This document shows, in pieces, positions 49,744-61,964 of a DNA stretch of 64,000 nucleotides. How positions within the stretch are numbered: the stretch's first letter is position 1; the number at the start of each line of letters is the position of its first letter. Origin of the DNA: Cyanophora paradoxa CCMP329 (Eukaryota; Plantae; Glaucophyta); contig QPMI01000400.1 of assembly GCA_004431415.1 (NCBI GenBank), positions 186,001 to 250,000 of the forward strand, given 5' to 3'. The notes beneath the pieces are model-generated. The model did no database searches. It worked only from the letters and a program-made list of their open reading frames with translations, and was not told the origin of the DNA. Position numbers and translations under genes: made by a program.

Positions 49744-52700
49744 ATGCCTCTGCAGGACGCACAGTCCCCAGAGCCTCAAGCAATCGTCCCGGCGGGCGAG
49801 CCCCCGCCGCCGCCGCCCCCGCCTCCCAGCATCGGCCCGGATGGCCAAGCCCCGCGCCCCACCAGTCTCAAGACGTTTTCCACGTGGTGTACATCGCATG
49901 GAGTAGCTCTGCTCGCTTCGCAGCAGCCGGCGGACCTCGAGCGGTTCGACGCGGCCGTGCGGCCCTGGCTGGCGTTCTTTTTGAAGCACTACCTTGGCCG
50001 GAAGATCTTTACGAAGATCAGGATTCGGGAAGGTGCGGCGCATGCTGCCGCACGCGCCCCGCTGTTCGCTGCAGCTAAGTGCGCGTTCGCTTTCGGCCGG
50101 CAGACGACGTCCCCTCGCAGCAAGTCCTTGTCTTACGCTTCATCGAATGGTTTCTGATGAGGCGTATTGCGGCTGTTGGTGGCGACGGCGACCCTGTGAA
50201 AGTGGGCAACGTACTTTTTTCTCTCCTGGCGAACATTGGAGAAGCCGTCTCTCCAGCCATCATTTCGAGCACTGCCGAAGCCATCTACCAGACCTTACAT
50301 GTCGGCTTCCTGGGCTCAAGGCAGGGCGCTTGGCCGCTTGCCCTCGCCGCAGCTGAAGATTTGATCGCCGTGCTTGAAGGCGAGAACGACCCATGCTGAT
50401 CCTGCACACGCCGCGTTCGCTGACTGCATCTCAGACCTTGCAGTTGTTGATGAGCACTTGTCCTCAAAACTTCGTCCCGGCGAGGATCCTGAGGGGTGCA
50501 CATGCAAGTTTCCGCTCGAAGATGGCCCGGAGGCAATCATCCATCCCTTCGCTTCTTTTGTGGCCGCCACGCGTTCTCGCTGCGACTCGAACCAGCTTGA
50601 GGCGCCGATCCCCCTCGAGATCTGCTGCCTTGAACGAGTTGCGCGCTTCCAAGTGGGCGTAACTTTTGCCATTTACCGGCTTGTTAGCGATCTGGCCCCT
50701 GCCTTCAATCCGATTTCGTACCGCCTGTGGCCGGTACTTGCAAATCAGTTGAAACTTGGACCTCCCGCCGTCAAAGTCGTGCGCTCTTGTTTATCGTGGC
50801 CACACGTGCCAGGATGGCCTTGTGGTGATCATTCGCTCTTGCCAGATTTCACTTCAAGCCGCAACCGTCCTCGCGCAGCATTTTGAGGTTCCAAGAGAGA
50901 CCGCTGGCCATGTTGCCTCTGCCTCGTCTGTAGTGCTCATCATGGCCGCTGTCGACTCCCCTGTCTTCGCTTCTCTTCGGTGCTACGCTGCTTGGCTGTC
51001 AAGATCTTTGAGCTTTTGACACAGGCTCTAATCGTTCCTGATGCTGGCCAGATCCATCGAGGGCGCGCAGCACTTAGCCGCGTGGCTATCTTGTCTGGCT
51101 AGCCGTCTGGATCCCGACATCCTGCGCATCGGATTCTCCTCTGCTGTGGATGCCTGCTGCAAGATCGTCCTCTCGCCCGACGTTGCAGAGACCCTCAAAG
51201 TATGTCATTCTGTTGCTGCGCGCGCCCCGTCGGCTTTCGAGGATTAATCTATGGATGCAGGTGGCCGTTTGCGAGCTGCTCACCGTCCTTGTGACGGGCA
51301 GTTCTGCAGGAGCGGTGGGCCAAGCCGTCCGGCAGCGGGTCACATCGTCAGCGCCGATGTTAGCGCCCATCCTGCACAACTGCACCAGCAGTGTGCGTGC
51401 GGCAGTCATCGCTTTCCTGCAAGCGTCGGTGTTTGGCACCCGGCTTGCAGCGGACAAATCTGTTGCAGCCGCCGGCGGGGGCACGCTCTCTCCGGACAAC
51501 TCACAGAGCCCGCGCCGGCGCGCCGGCTCGCCACCACTGCAGAAGCGTCGTCGTTTTTCAGGTGTCGACTCTGCCGAGCGGCGGCCTGCAGATCCGGAGC
51601 CGCTGGTGGCGCCTCCCCCGCCGCTGGGAGCAGAGGTGGCGATAGATGCTGTCATCGACCTCACTGGCGACGACGACGAGCCGCCCCGGCAAGAGCCGAC
51701 GGAACCTCGTGGCCCTCCCTCGCGTCGCGGGAACACAGCACTCGCGGCAGAAACTGGAGCTGGACCCAGCAAGCCTGCACGCACACCTGCAGCCTCGGCT
51801 CGCCTTCTGACAGGTCGCCGGCCGCCAAGGACGCCGCGCTCCGGAGGTCGTCCCACTGGCCTCCCCCTTCCTATTCCCCTGGATCTCGACAGTTCGCTCG
51901 TTGAGTCCGTGATTCACATCCTCTTCCCCCCGGGACCGCTGCCTGCAGCTGCTCCTCCCGATCCTCCTGTTCCTTCCGATCTTCCCACCCGTCTTTGGCT
52001 GGCCGATGCTTGTGTCCGCCTCTTCCGGTCCCGCATCTCCGCTCTTCGGGCGCTCTCCAGTGGCGTTTCGATTCCCGAACGCGTCTTCGCTCTTGTCGAG
52101 GCTGCGGTATCAGAACTTTTTGCGGTGCGCAACGTCCACTACACGCTCGCTTCCTTCAAAATTTGCTTGTCACTAATATTGCGATGCAGAACCCAGCGGT
52201 GATCTCTCCGGCGATGTCGTTGTGCGAGGCTCTTCTCGGGACGTTAGGTGCACGCGCAGAACCGCTCCATGTTTCTGCTTTCGACTCTCATGATCATGTG
52301 CATCCTGCATCGCAGCCCAAGGCGACCTCGCGCCGATCAACGAGAAGATGCTTGCACTCGCCCTTGCTCCATGGACTTCCCACGTCTCAGATCCTCTCTC
52401 CTGTGCGTTTGAACTCGCTTGCTTTTTTATTTGCTCGCCTAATGTATATGGCATTGATCCACGAGCGACACGACAGACGAGACACGAGCGACGAGTCTTC
52501 GTGTGCTTTCCAACCTGCCCGGAGCCATGGGCATTGTGGAACGGGCCACCGCTATCCGTTCCGCCATTACGCATTGCCAAGCTGCCATACGGGTTGCGGG
52601 GTTGCAGGCGGCCTGTGTTCTTGTCCGCCACAGTCTTGCAATTGGCTCTGCGGCCGCTGGCTTCGTCGACGCTGAACAAATTCTCTTCAAAGCTGTCGTG

Positions 52701-55700
52701 TAAGCCTGATTTTACTCTCCCCTAAATGCGAATTGCAAGATAACGTTTTTTAACCGTACCTCCTCGCAGTGCGGCAGCGGACGATGCGGAGCACGTGGTA
52801 CAAGAGGCAGCGGCGCGCGCTTTCGGGGCGCTCGCCTGCTTGATCAACGGGGACTGTGAGGTCCCACCCTCGTCGACTCCGTGCCTCTCTATCGACGAGC
52901 ATCCTGCCGGCGATACCGGCTTTGTTCCGCAGTGCAACTCGTGCGATAGCGACCAGAGTAAACTCTCACAGGCCCTCAATCTTCCGGAGGCAAGCCGCCG
53001 CCTTGCCGAGCTTTCGTCGGGCGCGCTTTCCTTTGAGCTATGGGCTCCTTTTGAGCGCCTACTCGACGACGTGCACCCTGTCCCTGTTCGTGTCGAAGCG
53101 CTCGACTCCTTCCGCCGCCTTTTCCGCCACACCGGTTGCACTGCAGCCGCTAAGGACATCACCCAGCGCATCTTCAACATGACCTTCAAGGATGCAGACC
53201 GTGACGTACGCCTTGCCGGCGGCTTCTGCCTTCCCGTCATTGCCTACACCCAGGGGGCCCTCATCGAGGAGCTGGGGCCACCAAGCGCCACACAGCAGGC
53301 TCAGCACGCCATTCAGAGCGCCACGGAGGGTATCGCGACGAAGGTTGTCATGATTACGCAGGAGCTGGAGAGAGCGGCGAAGGCGAAGAAAGAGAGAGAC
53401 GACAAGAGCTGGAAGGAGGCGGCCGACCAGCTGGAGACGGCAGTATACGCTCTCGGGGTGCTTGCCTCTGCGGCACTGAAGCGGCCGTCTGGCAAGACCT
53501 TGGGAATGTACGGGCGCAGGTTGGTGCGCCTCCTCTCAAGCGAGCACATGCTTGTGTCGAATGCAGCTGCGGACACGCTGTGGTCAATGGCGAATCTCCG
53601 GGGCCAGAGCATCTCCGACTTCGTTCTCGAGCAACGCGAATGGATTTTCAGCGCCCTTTTCTTCAACAACAGCTTCTTGGACACGCCCCGCGTCGCTGAG
53701 AACTTCGTGTCGGTTGTTGGCGGGCACGGCTCGCTCCGGGAGTATCTCGTTGCGAACGCGCACCACATCTTCCCTGTCGTCATGCGCTTTTGCGTCGAAG
53801 GGCGCGCCCCGACCCGCTCCTCTCCGACATCGCATCTAGATTTGATGGCGGGGGCGCAGGAAGAGTGACGATTCGATACCGATACAGCTTGCCAGGGTGA
53901 TGGGGCGGAATGTCGGCGAAGTGATCTGCGAGAACACTCAGCACAGTGCGTTGCTGCCCCCGCCGCGTTGTCCACGGACTCATGCACCCTCAGTCCTTTC
54001 CTACCTACTCATCAACGCCGAAAACTTGAAGGAGATGGACAGATTCCTCCAGTTCATGCAAGATATGGCGCGCACGCCCCGCCTGCGTGTACGGCCCCTT
54101 CCCAGTCTTACGCCGAGCGCCAGACAAGCCTTAGCCCGAACGAGATCCTGAGGGCGAAGCTCTCGGACCTGACGACCGAGGTTGTCCTCTTCCTCGGCGA
54201 CGAGAGCCCCTCGCTGCGGGATCGGGCCCTGCGTGGCCTGAGGATGATTGCGACTTCGTTCACAACTGCCGGGTCTTCCCGCGCATTGGAACTGGCGCGG
54301 GATGGCGAGAAGGCGAGGGCGGCGATGCAGGACTTCCTCGTCAAGCAACACCTCTCCATAATCTACGATATCAACGGCCGCATTCGCCCCAAGGCGTGCA
54401 CCTCCCTTTCGTTTCCGCTCTCTACCCAGCCCGCCCCATGCATGTAGCTGAAGGTGGTGCAGACAAGCGGAGTGTCGACAGCGGAGAAGGTGCAGGCATT
54501 GCGAGCCTTGGCGAAGACACTCGAGTATATCGGGGACCGGGCGGAGACGTTCGCCTCCAAAGTCCTTGCCACCATCACCCTGGCCTTCCGTCAAGCGCCC
54601 TACCCCGTCCGCCTGGCCGGCGCCCACTGTCTTAAGGCCTTTGCAGAGTGCGCCCGGCTGCGCGCCCCCGTTGCGCCATCCGCTGACCCTTAGGACAGGC
54701 GGATCCCGCCGGAGGTGCTGGGCCCCATCCTGGGCCAGCTGGTCGTCAACGCGCTGCCGACGGTGAAGGCGGAGGCCGGGACTCCTGTGGCGCCCGGGGT
54801 GGAGACGGCTGGCGGGGTGGTGCTGGAGGTGCTGCGCTACCTCATCGTCGACCGCCTGGAGACCTTCAAAGGGCACTTCGCGGACATCCCGCCCGTGGAC
54901 GAGAGCATCGCCGGCCTCGAGCCCGTCGTCCGCGTCCTCCGCGAGCACGGCAAGCAGGCCGTGGGCACGGACGAGAGGGTCGAGCTCCTCGTCAGGTGCA
55001 CGCGGCACGAGAACCCCACCGTGCGCTGCATGGCCCTCGAGCAGCTGGCCGTCACCCTCGAGGGCTCCGGCGCCCCCTGGATCCTCGGCCAGACCCGTGC
55101 CGAAGCCCTCGACGACCGCACCCTCTCCCTCATCGACGCCCTTCTCAAGTGCGGCGCCACGCCCCGAGCCCCTCGCACCAGGGCGCCGGCAGCTGACGGG
55201 GGCGCAGGGCGTGCTCGGACGGGGCGCAGGCGGCGCGGCCACTGGCCGCGCGGTGCCTCGGGCTCGTGGGCGCCGTGGACCCGGCGAGGGTCGGGGCGAG
55301 GGAGGAGGAGGCGCGCCCCGAGCTGGAGGCGACGGACGGCGTCATCTCCTCAAAGCTCATCACCGACTGTCTCGCGCGCATCCTCCGCTCGGCGGAGAGC
55401 ACGTCGCTGCAGGACGGGGCCGCCGCCGCCATCCAGCACATCCTGCCCCACATGGGCGTGACGCAGGAGGTGCCGCAGCTCGTGCGGCAGGGGGCCCTCG
55501 GGGAGGGCCCGGGGAGGGAGCTGCTGCAGGGCAACTCCGCGCTGCGGGAAGCCTGCGAGTGGTGGAACTCGCTCGCCGACGAGGACCCCGCCGCCGACAT
55601 CACGTCCCTCATCGAGCCGTACATCAGCTCGAAGTCAGTCCGCCCACAGTCGCCACCGCGCCTCCGCTCCAGCCCCAACCGCCCCGCAGGTACTCGTTGA

Positions 55701-58700
55701 AAGATCCAAAACTGGTCGCCAGGGATCATGGCGCCGGCCCGATGTTCACGAAAACGATGCCGTACAAACTATGGATGTACAAGTGGTCCGCCCGCCTCAC
55801 CACGCTCGCCTTGGGCCGCCGCGCCCAAATCTTTCAGGCTTGTGTGTGCGCGCCGCCGCCGCCGCCGCCCGCGCGCTCCGCCGAAGCGCCGCCGATCGCG
55901 CGGGCGGGCGGCAGGCCGGTGCTCAAGGACGACCTGTCGACGGCGCGCTTCGCGCTGCCGTACCTGGTGCACAACGTGGTGGGCTGCGGCTCGGACGAGG
56001 CCCGCGACGCCGTCCTCGCCGAGGTCGTCGCCGTCCTCAAAGCCGAAGACGCCGACCACGCCTGCCTCCAGGCCCGCCCGCCCGCCCGCCCGCCGCCCGC
56101 CCTCGCCCCGCCCGCCCTCGCCCCGCCTGCCCGCCCGCCCGCCCCGGCCCTTTCTCATGATCATCGCCCCGCGCTCGCGCAGACCATCTTCGGCATCCTG
56201 GACCAGCTGACGCGCTGGCTCGAGAAAAAGCGGGCACAGATGCGCAACCCGGAGTCCGGCAAAGACTCCGCGAGGGCCTCGGCCCGCAAGGGCGCCGTGC
56301 GCGCGCCGTGGCGGCTGCGGCCGCGCCTGCCTGACAGTGCGCGGCAGGCGGTGGCGTGGAGCGCGGAGGAGGAGGCGCACGTCCGCGGGGTGGGGGCCTT
56401 CCTGGAGTCGGTCCCCCGCGACGCGCTCGCCTTCGCGGCGTACCGCGTCAAGGCCCACGCGCGCGCCTTCCTCTGCTACGAGTCCTTCCTCCGCGGCCGC
56501 CTCGCCGCCAAGGCGCAGCGGGACCCCGAGATCTACTTCGCGCGGGGCGGGCGCCAGAAATGGTTCGAGGACGCCGAGCTCGAGTTCCTCCAGAAGGTCT
56601 ACGCCTCCGTCGATGACCCCGACATCACGACCGGCGCGTCCGACCCCTTCCGAGCGAGCGCGCCGGCCGAGCGCCGCGTGCTGACCCCCGCCGACGCCGC
56701 AGGCATCGCGGCGCTCCGGCCGTCGCGCTCCCTCGCGGACTGCGCATTCTTCGCGCAGGAGGCCGGCGACTGGACGCAGGCCTTTGGCTACTACGAGCAG
56801 GCCCGCTCGCCCCGCCCCGCCCCGCCTCGCCCCCTGGAGGGATCACGAGCCCCGGGCCCGCAGATGATGAAGGCGCAGCCGGAGCGTGTGGACGGGGCGC
56901 GAGGCATGCTCAAGTGCCTGCGGCGGCAGGGGAACCACTGGGCGGTGACGATGCAGTACGCGGGGCTGACGCAGGCGTGCCCCGCCTTCGCCGCCTCCCT
57001 GGCGCCCCACGCGCTCAAGTCGGCGACCCGCCTCGCCCACTGGGACCGCCTCCCCGAGATCCTCGACGCCGCCCCGCCCACCCACTTCGACGCCGCCCTC
57101 GGCCGGCCCGCCCCGCCCCGCCCGCCCCCGGCCCCGCCCCGCGCCCCGCCGACCCGGCTGCAGGGCGCTCCTGGCGTTCGTGAACGAGGACAAGGGCCTG
57201 TTCCAGAAGAGCGTGCAGGGGGCGCGGGCGATCCTCATCCCGCACCTGTCGGGCGCGAGCATGGAGTCGTACGAGCGGGCGTACCCCCTGGTGCTCAAGC
57301 TGCACGCCCTCCGCGAGCTCGAGGAGGCGTTCGCGCTGAGGGCGGAGCCCTCGCCCGGCCGTGCGCGCCCGCGCCGCGCGTCCCCCGCGCGGCGCGCCCC
57401 GACGCCCCGGCGCGCGGCAGGCATCGGCGACCTGGTGGCGACGTGGGCGTCCCGCCTCGACGCGCTGCAGCCGACGCTGAAGAGCCGCGAGCGGCTCCTC
57501 TCCGTGCGCCGCATCGCCCTCGAGAAGCTGGGCGCCAAAGACGAGGCCGTCTCCTGCCTCCTGCGCTACGCGAAGGCGGCGCGCAAGGCGGGGCAGCTCG
57601 ACCTCGCCGGGGCCGCCCTGCGCGACGCCGCCTCCACGGGCGCCCGCGTCTCCGAGCTGCTCGTCGAGCGGGCCAAGCTGCGGCGCCTGCAGGGGGCCGT
57701 GTGGGAAGCTCTAGCTGACGCCAAGGCGGTGGCGGACGCGAAGAGCAGCGAGATGGACGTCTCGGCGCAGCTCCGCGCCAAGGCCTCGCTCCTCTACGCC
57801 CGCTGGTCTTTCGACGTCGCCCAGGAGGGCTACCAGGGCGCCGGCGCCTACCACAAGAAAGCGGCCGACCTCTTCGGGTCGATCCCCCAGCGCTTCCGCA
57901 ACGAGGTCGCCGAGAAGCAGAGCTTCTACTTCGGGCGCATGTGCGACAGCGTCCTCGAGATGGGCCGCACCTCCCGCGCCCGCGCCGGCGCCGACCGCAC
58001 CTCCCCCCTCGACTCCTCCACCGCCGCCGTGCGCCCCTCCGGCCCTGCCCCGCCCCGCCCCGCCCCGCCCCGCCCCGCCGGCGGCCGATGCGACGGGGCA
58101 CGCGCGGGCAGGACATGGCAGTCTATCTGTACCAGGCGCTCAGCTCTTACTTCCACTCCCTCACCTACGGCTGCCGCTTCCTCTTCCGCGTGCGGCCGGC
58201 GCCGCGCGCACCCGGCCGGCCCCGCCCGCCGACGCGCCGCGCAGACTCTGCCGCGCATCCTCACGCTCTACTTCGACTACGCGGAGGCGGTCTCGAAAAC
58301 GCGGGCGAGCGACGCGGGGGCGGCCAAGCAGCAGTCGGGGCGCGGCGCGGCGCGCAAGGCGGCCGCCTCGCCCGAGGCGGGAAACGAGGGGGAAGGGCCG
58401 ACGGGGGAGGAGCTGAGGCGCGCGATGTCAGAGGCGCACAAGATCGTGGGGGACTTCTCCACGAGGCTCGCCCCCTGGCAGTGGTACACGGTCTTCTCCC
58501 AGCTCCTCTCCCGCCTCTGCACCCCGAACGACGAGGTCCGCGGCCCCGTCCCCGCCACCTTCCTCCTCCGCCACCTTCCTCCTCCGCCACCTTCCTCCTC
58601 CGCCCCGCCCCGCGCGCCCCGCCGACGCTCGAGGCCCGCGCAGGCGCTGGCGATCGCGTACCGGCTGGTCACGCGGGTGCTGCAGGGGCAGCCGGAGCAG

Positions 58701-60960
58701 GCGCTCTGGCAGCTCCTCCCCGCCATCCAATCCAAGCAGACGCCCAGCTCCAAGGAGCGCTCGATGCGCTGCGAGCGCGTGATGCGCGAGGCGTTGCAGG
58801 CGAGCGCGCCCCTGCAGAAGCTGCAGCGGCACATGTCCGAGCACATCGCCGAGTTCATCGCCATCTGCTCCGACAAGGACCTCTCCCAGCTCGACAAAGT
58901 CCGCCCGCCCCGAACCCCGCGCACGCAGCCGGCGCCGGCGGGCCGCTCACGCCGGGCAGGGCCAGAAGGCCGTGGCGCTCACGCAGAGGTTCTCGCGCGC
59001 GTGGCGCCTCTTCAAGGCTGAGGGCCGGGGCGAGGGCGAGCGCATCCTCCTCCCCATCCTCGCCAACTTCACCGTCAAGCTGCCGGCCCCGGGGCCCGCC
59101 CCGACCTCCGCCCGCCCCTTCGCCGACACCCGCCTCGTCTACCTCCACTCCGCCAACGACAAGGTCCGCCCCGCCCGCCCCGCCCCCCTTGCCGCCACCC
59201 GCCGGGCGCCGCTGTCACCGCTGACGCGCGGCGCGGGGCGGCAGCTGGAAATCATGAGCTCGATGATGCGCCCGCGGAAGTTGACGGTCGTGGGCGACGA
59301 CGGCAAATCCTACAGCCTCCTCTGCAAGCGCGAGGACAAGGGTGCGTGGCGCCTGCCCCGCCCAGGGCCCTCCCTGGGGCCTCGGGCGACGGGGCCGGGG
59401 GCCAGGGGACATGCGGAAGGACAGCCGGATGACCGAGTTCAACGACCTGCTCAACCGCCTCTTCGCCAAGCACCCGGACTCCCGCCGCCGCAAGCTCCGT
59501 GCGCCCCGCGCCCCCGGCTTCGGCCCCGCCCCCCGCTTCCCCTCGCTTCGCGGCGGGGGCCGAGAGCTGAAGCGAGGGGGCGGCGGGGGCAGGGCTGCGG
59601 ACGTACGCGGTGACGCCGCTGAACGAGGAGACGGGCCTCCTCGAGTGGGTCCCCTTCACGACGGGCATCCGCCAGGTCCTCGGCCAGCTCTACGACCCCA
59701 CCAGGGGCTTCGGCCTCACCGTGCGCCCCCGCCGCCACGCCGCCCCGCCCCGCCCGCCCCGCCCCCCCTCGCCCCCTCCGCTGAGCCTCCGCCAGAACAT
59801 GGAAATCCGCAAGAGGATCGAGGCCTCGGGCAAGCAGAACATCACCCCGCCCGTGCCCTCGCCCCGCCCGAGCTCCCCCGCCCTTCCCGCCCCGCCCGAG
59901 CCGGCGCAGGTCTTTGTGGACATCCGGCGGCACCACCCGCCCGTCTTCTACCGCTGGTTCCTCCAGCAGTTCCCTGGTCCGCCCTGCCCCGCCCGCCCCG
60001 CCGGCCCCGCTGAGGCGGCGGGCGGGCCGCCCCCTGCGCAGAGCCGGGGAGCTGGTTCCAGGCGCGCCTGACGTACGCGCGCTCGTGCGCCGTGTGGAGC
60101 ATGGTCGGCTACGTCGTCGGGTGCGCCGGCCGCCCCGCTGCGCCGGGGCGCGTGGGGCGGGGGGCGAGGGGCGGGCGGGGGCGGCAGGCTCGGGGACCGG
60201 CACGGGGAGAACATCCTGCTGGACACGGGCAGCGGGGAGTGCGTGCACGTGGACCTCGCGTGCCTCTTCGACAAGGCCAAGACCCTCGCCTTCCCCGAGC
60301 GGGTCCCCTTCCGCCTCACCCACAACATGGTCGACGCCCTCGGCCTCGCCGGCACCGAGGGCACCTTCCGCGCCGTCTGCGAGCTCGCCGTCGGGCTCCT
60401 CCGCGAGAACCGCGAGACGCTCCTGACCGTCGTGGACGCCGTCGCGCACGACCCCTTCGTCGACTGGTACCGCAAGGAGCCCGACGCGAGCGACCAGCGG
60501 ACCTCCCAGACGGCCTCCGCCGAGGAGCTCCGGGAGCGCGCGGGGGAGATCCTCGCCATGGTCGAGCAGCGCCTGCGCGGCGTCCACTTCCGCACCAAGG
60601 TCGACGTCCAGCGCGAGGAGGCCCTCAAGAAGAAGGAGGCCGCCGCTCTCGCCTCCGACCGGCGCTCCTCCGCCGCCGCCGCCTCCGCCGCGGCCTCCGA
60701 GAAGAAGGCCGCCGCCCCCGCCCGCTTCGAGACCGTCGCCTCCCAGGTCCGCCCCCGCCCCTCCCCTGCTCCGCCCCGCCGGGCGAGCGGCGCGGCAGGT
60801 GCAGTGGCTCATCCAGCAGGCCACCGACGACGACAACCTCGGCAACGTGCGCGCCCCAGCCTTGCCCTCGCGCGCCCCGCAGCCCTGCCGCTCTGACTCG
60901 ACCCCCGCCCCGCCCCGCCCCGCCCCGCAGATGTACACGTGGTGGATGCCCTGGACTTAG
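49744..60960 (+). CDS. ATR: ATR/Mec1 PIKK kinase
   Basis: HEAT/UME region and FAT (WQWYTVFSQLLSRLC). Kinase motifs [71 protein letters not shown] and PERVPFRLTHNMVDALG. FATC VQWLIQQATDDDNLGNMYTWWMPWT*. Confidence 0.95.
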
Positions 60961-61098
60961 TGCAAGCGCTATCTTAATCTACTACTGTATTCCTAACCTA
61001 CCAAATCTGCCTGATACCTGCAAATACAAAATGAACGTTGGACGAACTGCGAGGCCCTCGCCGCCACCGCTGCCCCTGCCCCGTGCCGCGCGCCGGCG

Positions 61099-61794
61099 CT
61101 AGTGGTCGCCGCGCCAGCGCTGGAGGACGCGGGCGCAGTCGATGAGGGGCTTGCCGAGCTTCTGGTTGACGCGGTTGTGCAGCTCGCACATCCACATCTC
61201 GAACGCCGTCCGCGACGCCGTCTGCGGCGGGTTCGCCGCAACGTCCTTCCGCATGTCCTCCGCGCACACCTGCCGGCACACAGTGCCTCGGCGACGGCTG
61301 CGCGCCCAATGCACGCGCAGAGCTCACCCCGCACGGGTAGAACTTGGCAAAGAGCCGCATGAACGTGCGCATGTCCTGCTGCTCCTGCTCCGACGGCTGC
61401 TCCGGGTAGTACGCCGCAATGGAGTGCAGGAGCGTCCATGACGCGCGCCCGATATCCGCGGCGTCAGGAGGCTCCGCTGGGCCAGCGTTCGCGTCCGCGC
61501 TGGGCTCGGCCGGTTGCGCCGACTTCTCTTCCGGCTTCGCCGCAGCCTTCGGGGGCCGCGTTTTGCACGCTGGGCAGTTTCTGCGCGTGTACGTGAGCGC
61601 AAATGCCTAGCTCGCTCCAGTTGCGGTCCCGGCTGCGGCGCGCGGTGCTTGCGGCCAGGCCGCGAACCGGTAGCCCAAGACGATGCGGGGCGGGGGCGGG
61701 GTGCTCACAGGAACTTTTCGAGGAGCTTGTCTGCATGCTTGTTTCGAACGGGGAGCTGCCGCTCGCCCTGCTCTCCGCTGTTCGCCTCGACCAT
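61099..61794 (-). CDS. ERV1: Erv1/ALR FAD-linked sulfhydryl oxidase
   Basis: N-terminal CPAC shuttle motif, DIGRASWTLLHSIAAYYP, redox FYPCGVCAEDM, and WMCELHNRVNQKLGKPLIDC. Confidence 0.93.
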
Positions 61795-61964
61795 CGTTGC
61801 GAACTGGCCCAATGTGCTGCCAGGCTGTACCCGGAAAGATCTGCGTACCCGCCATTCAAACCACTTCAATCGGCATCGACAAAACCAAGTGCAGCGCGGC
61901 CCCGCTTATTCACTTCCGACACATCTGCGCATTTGCCGGGCTCGTTCACGTCGTCTTGGCACCG

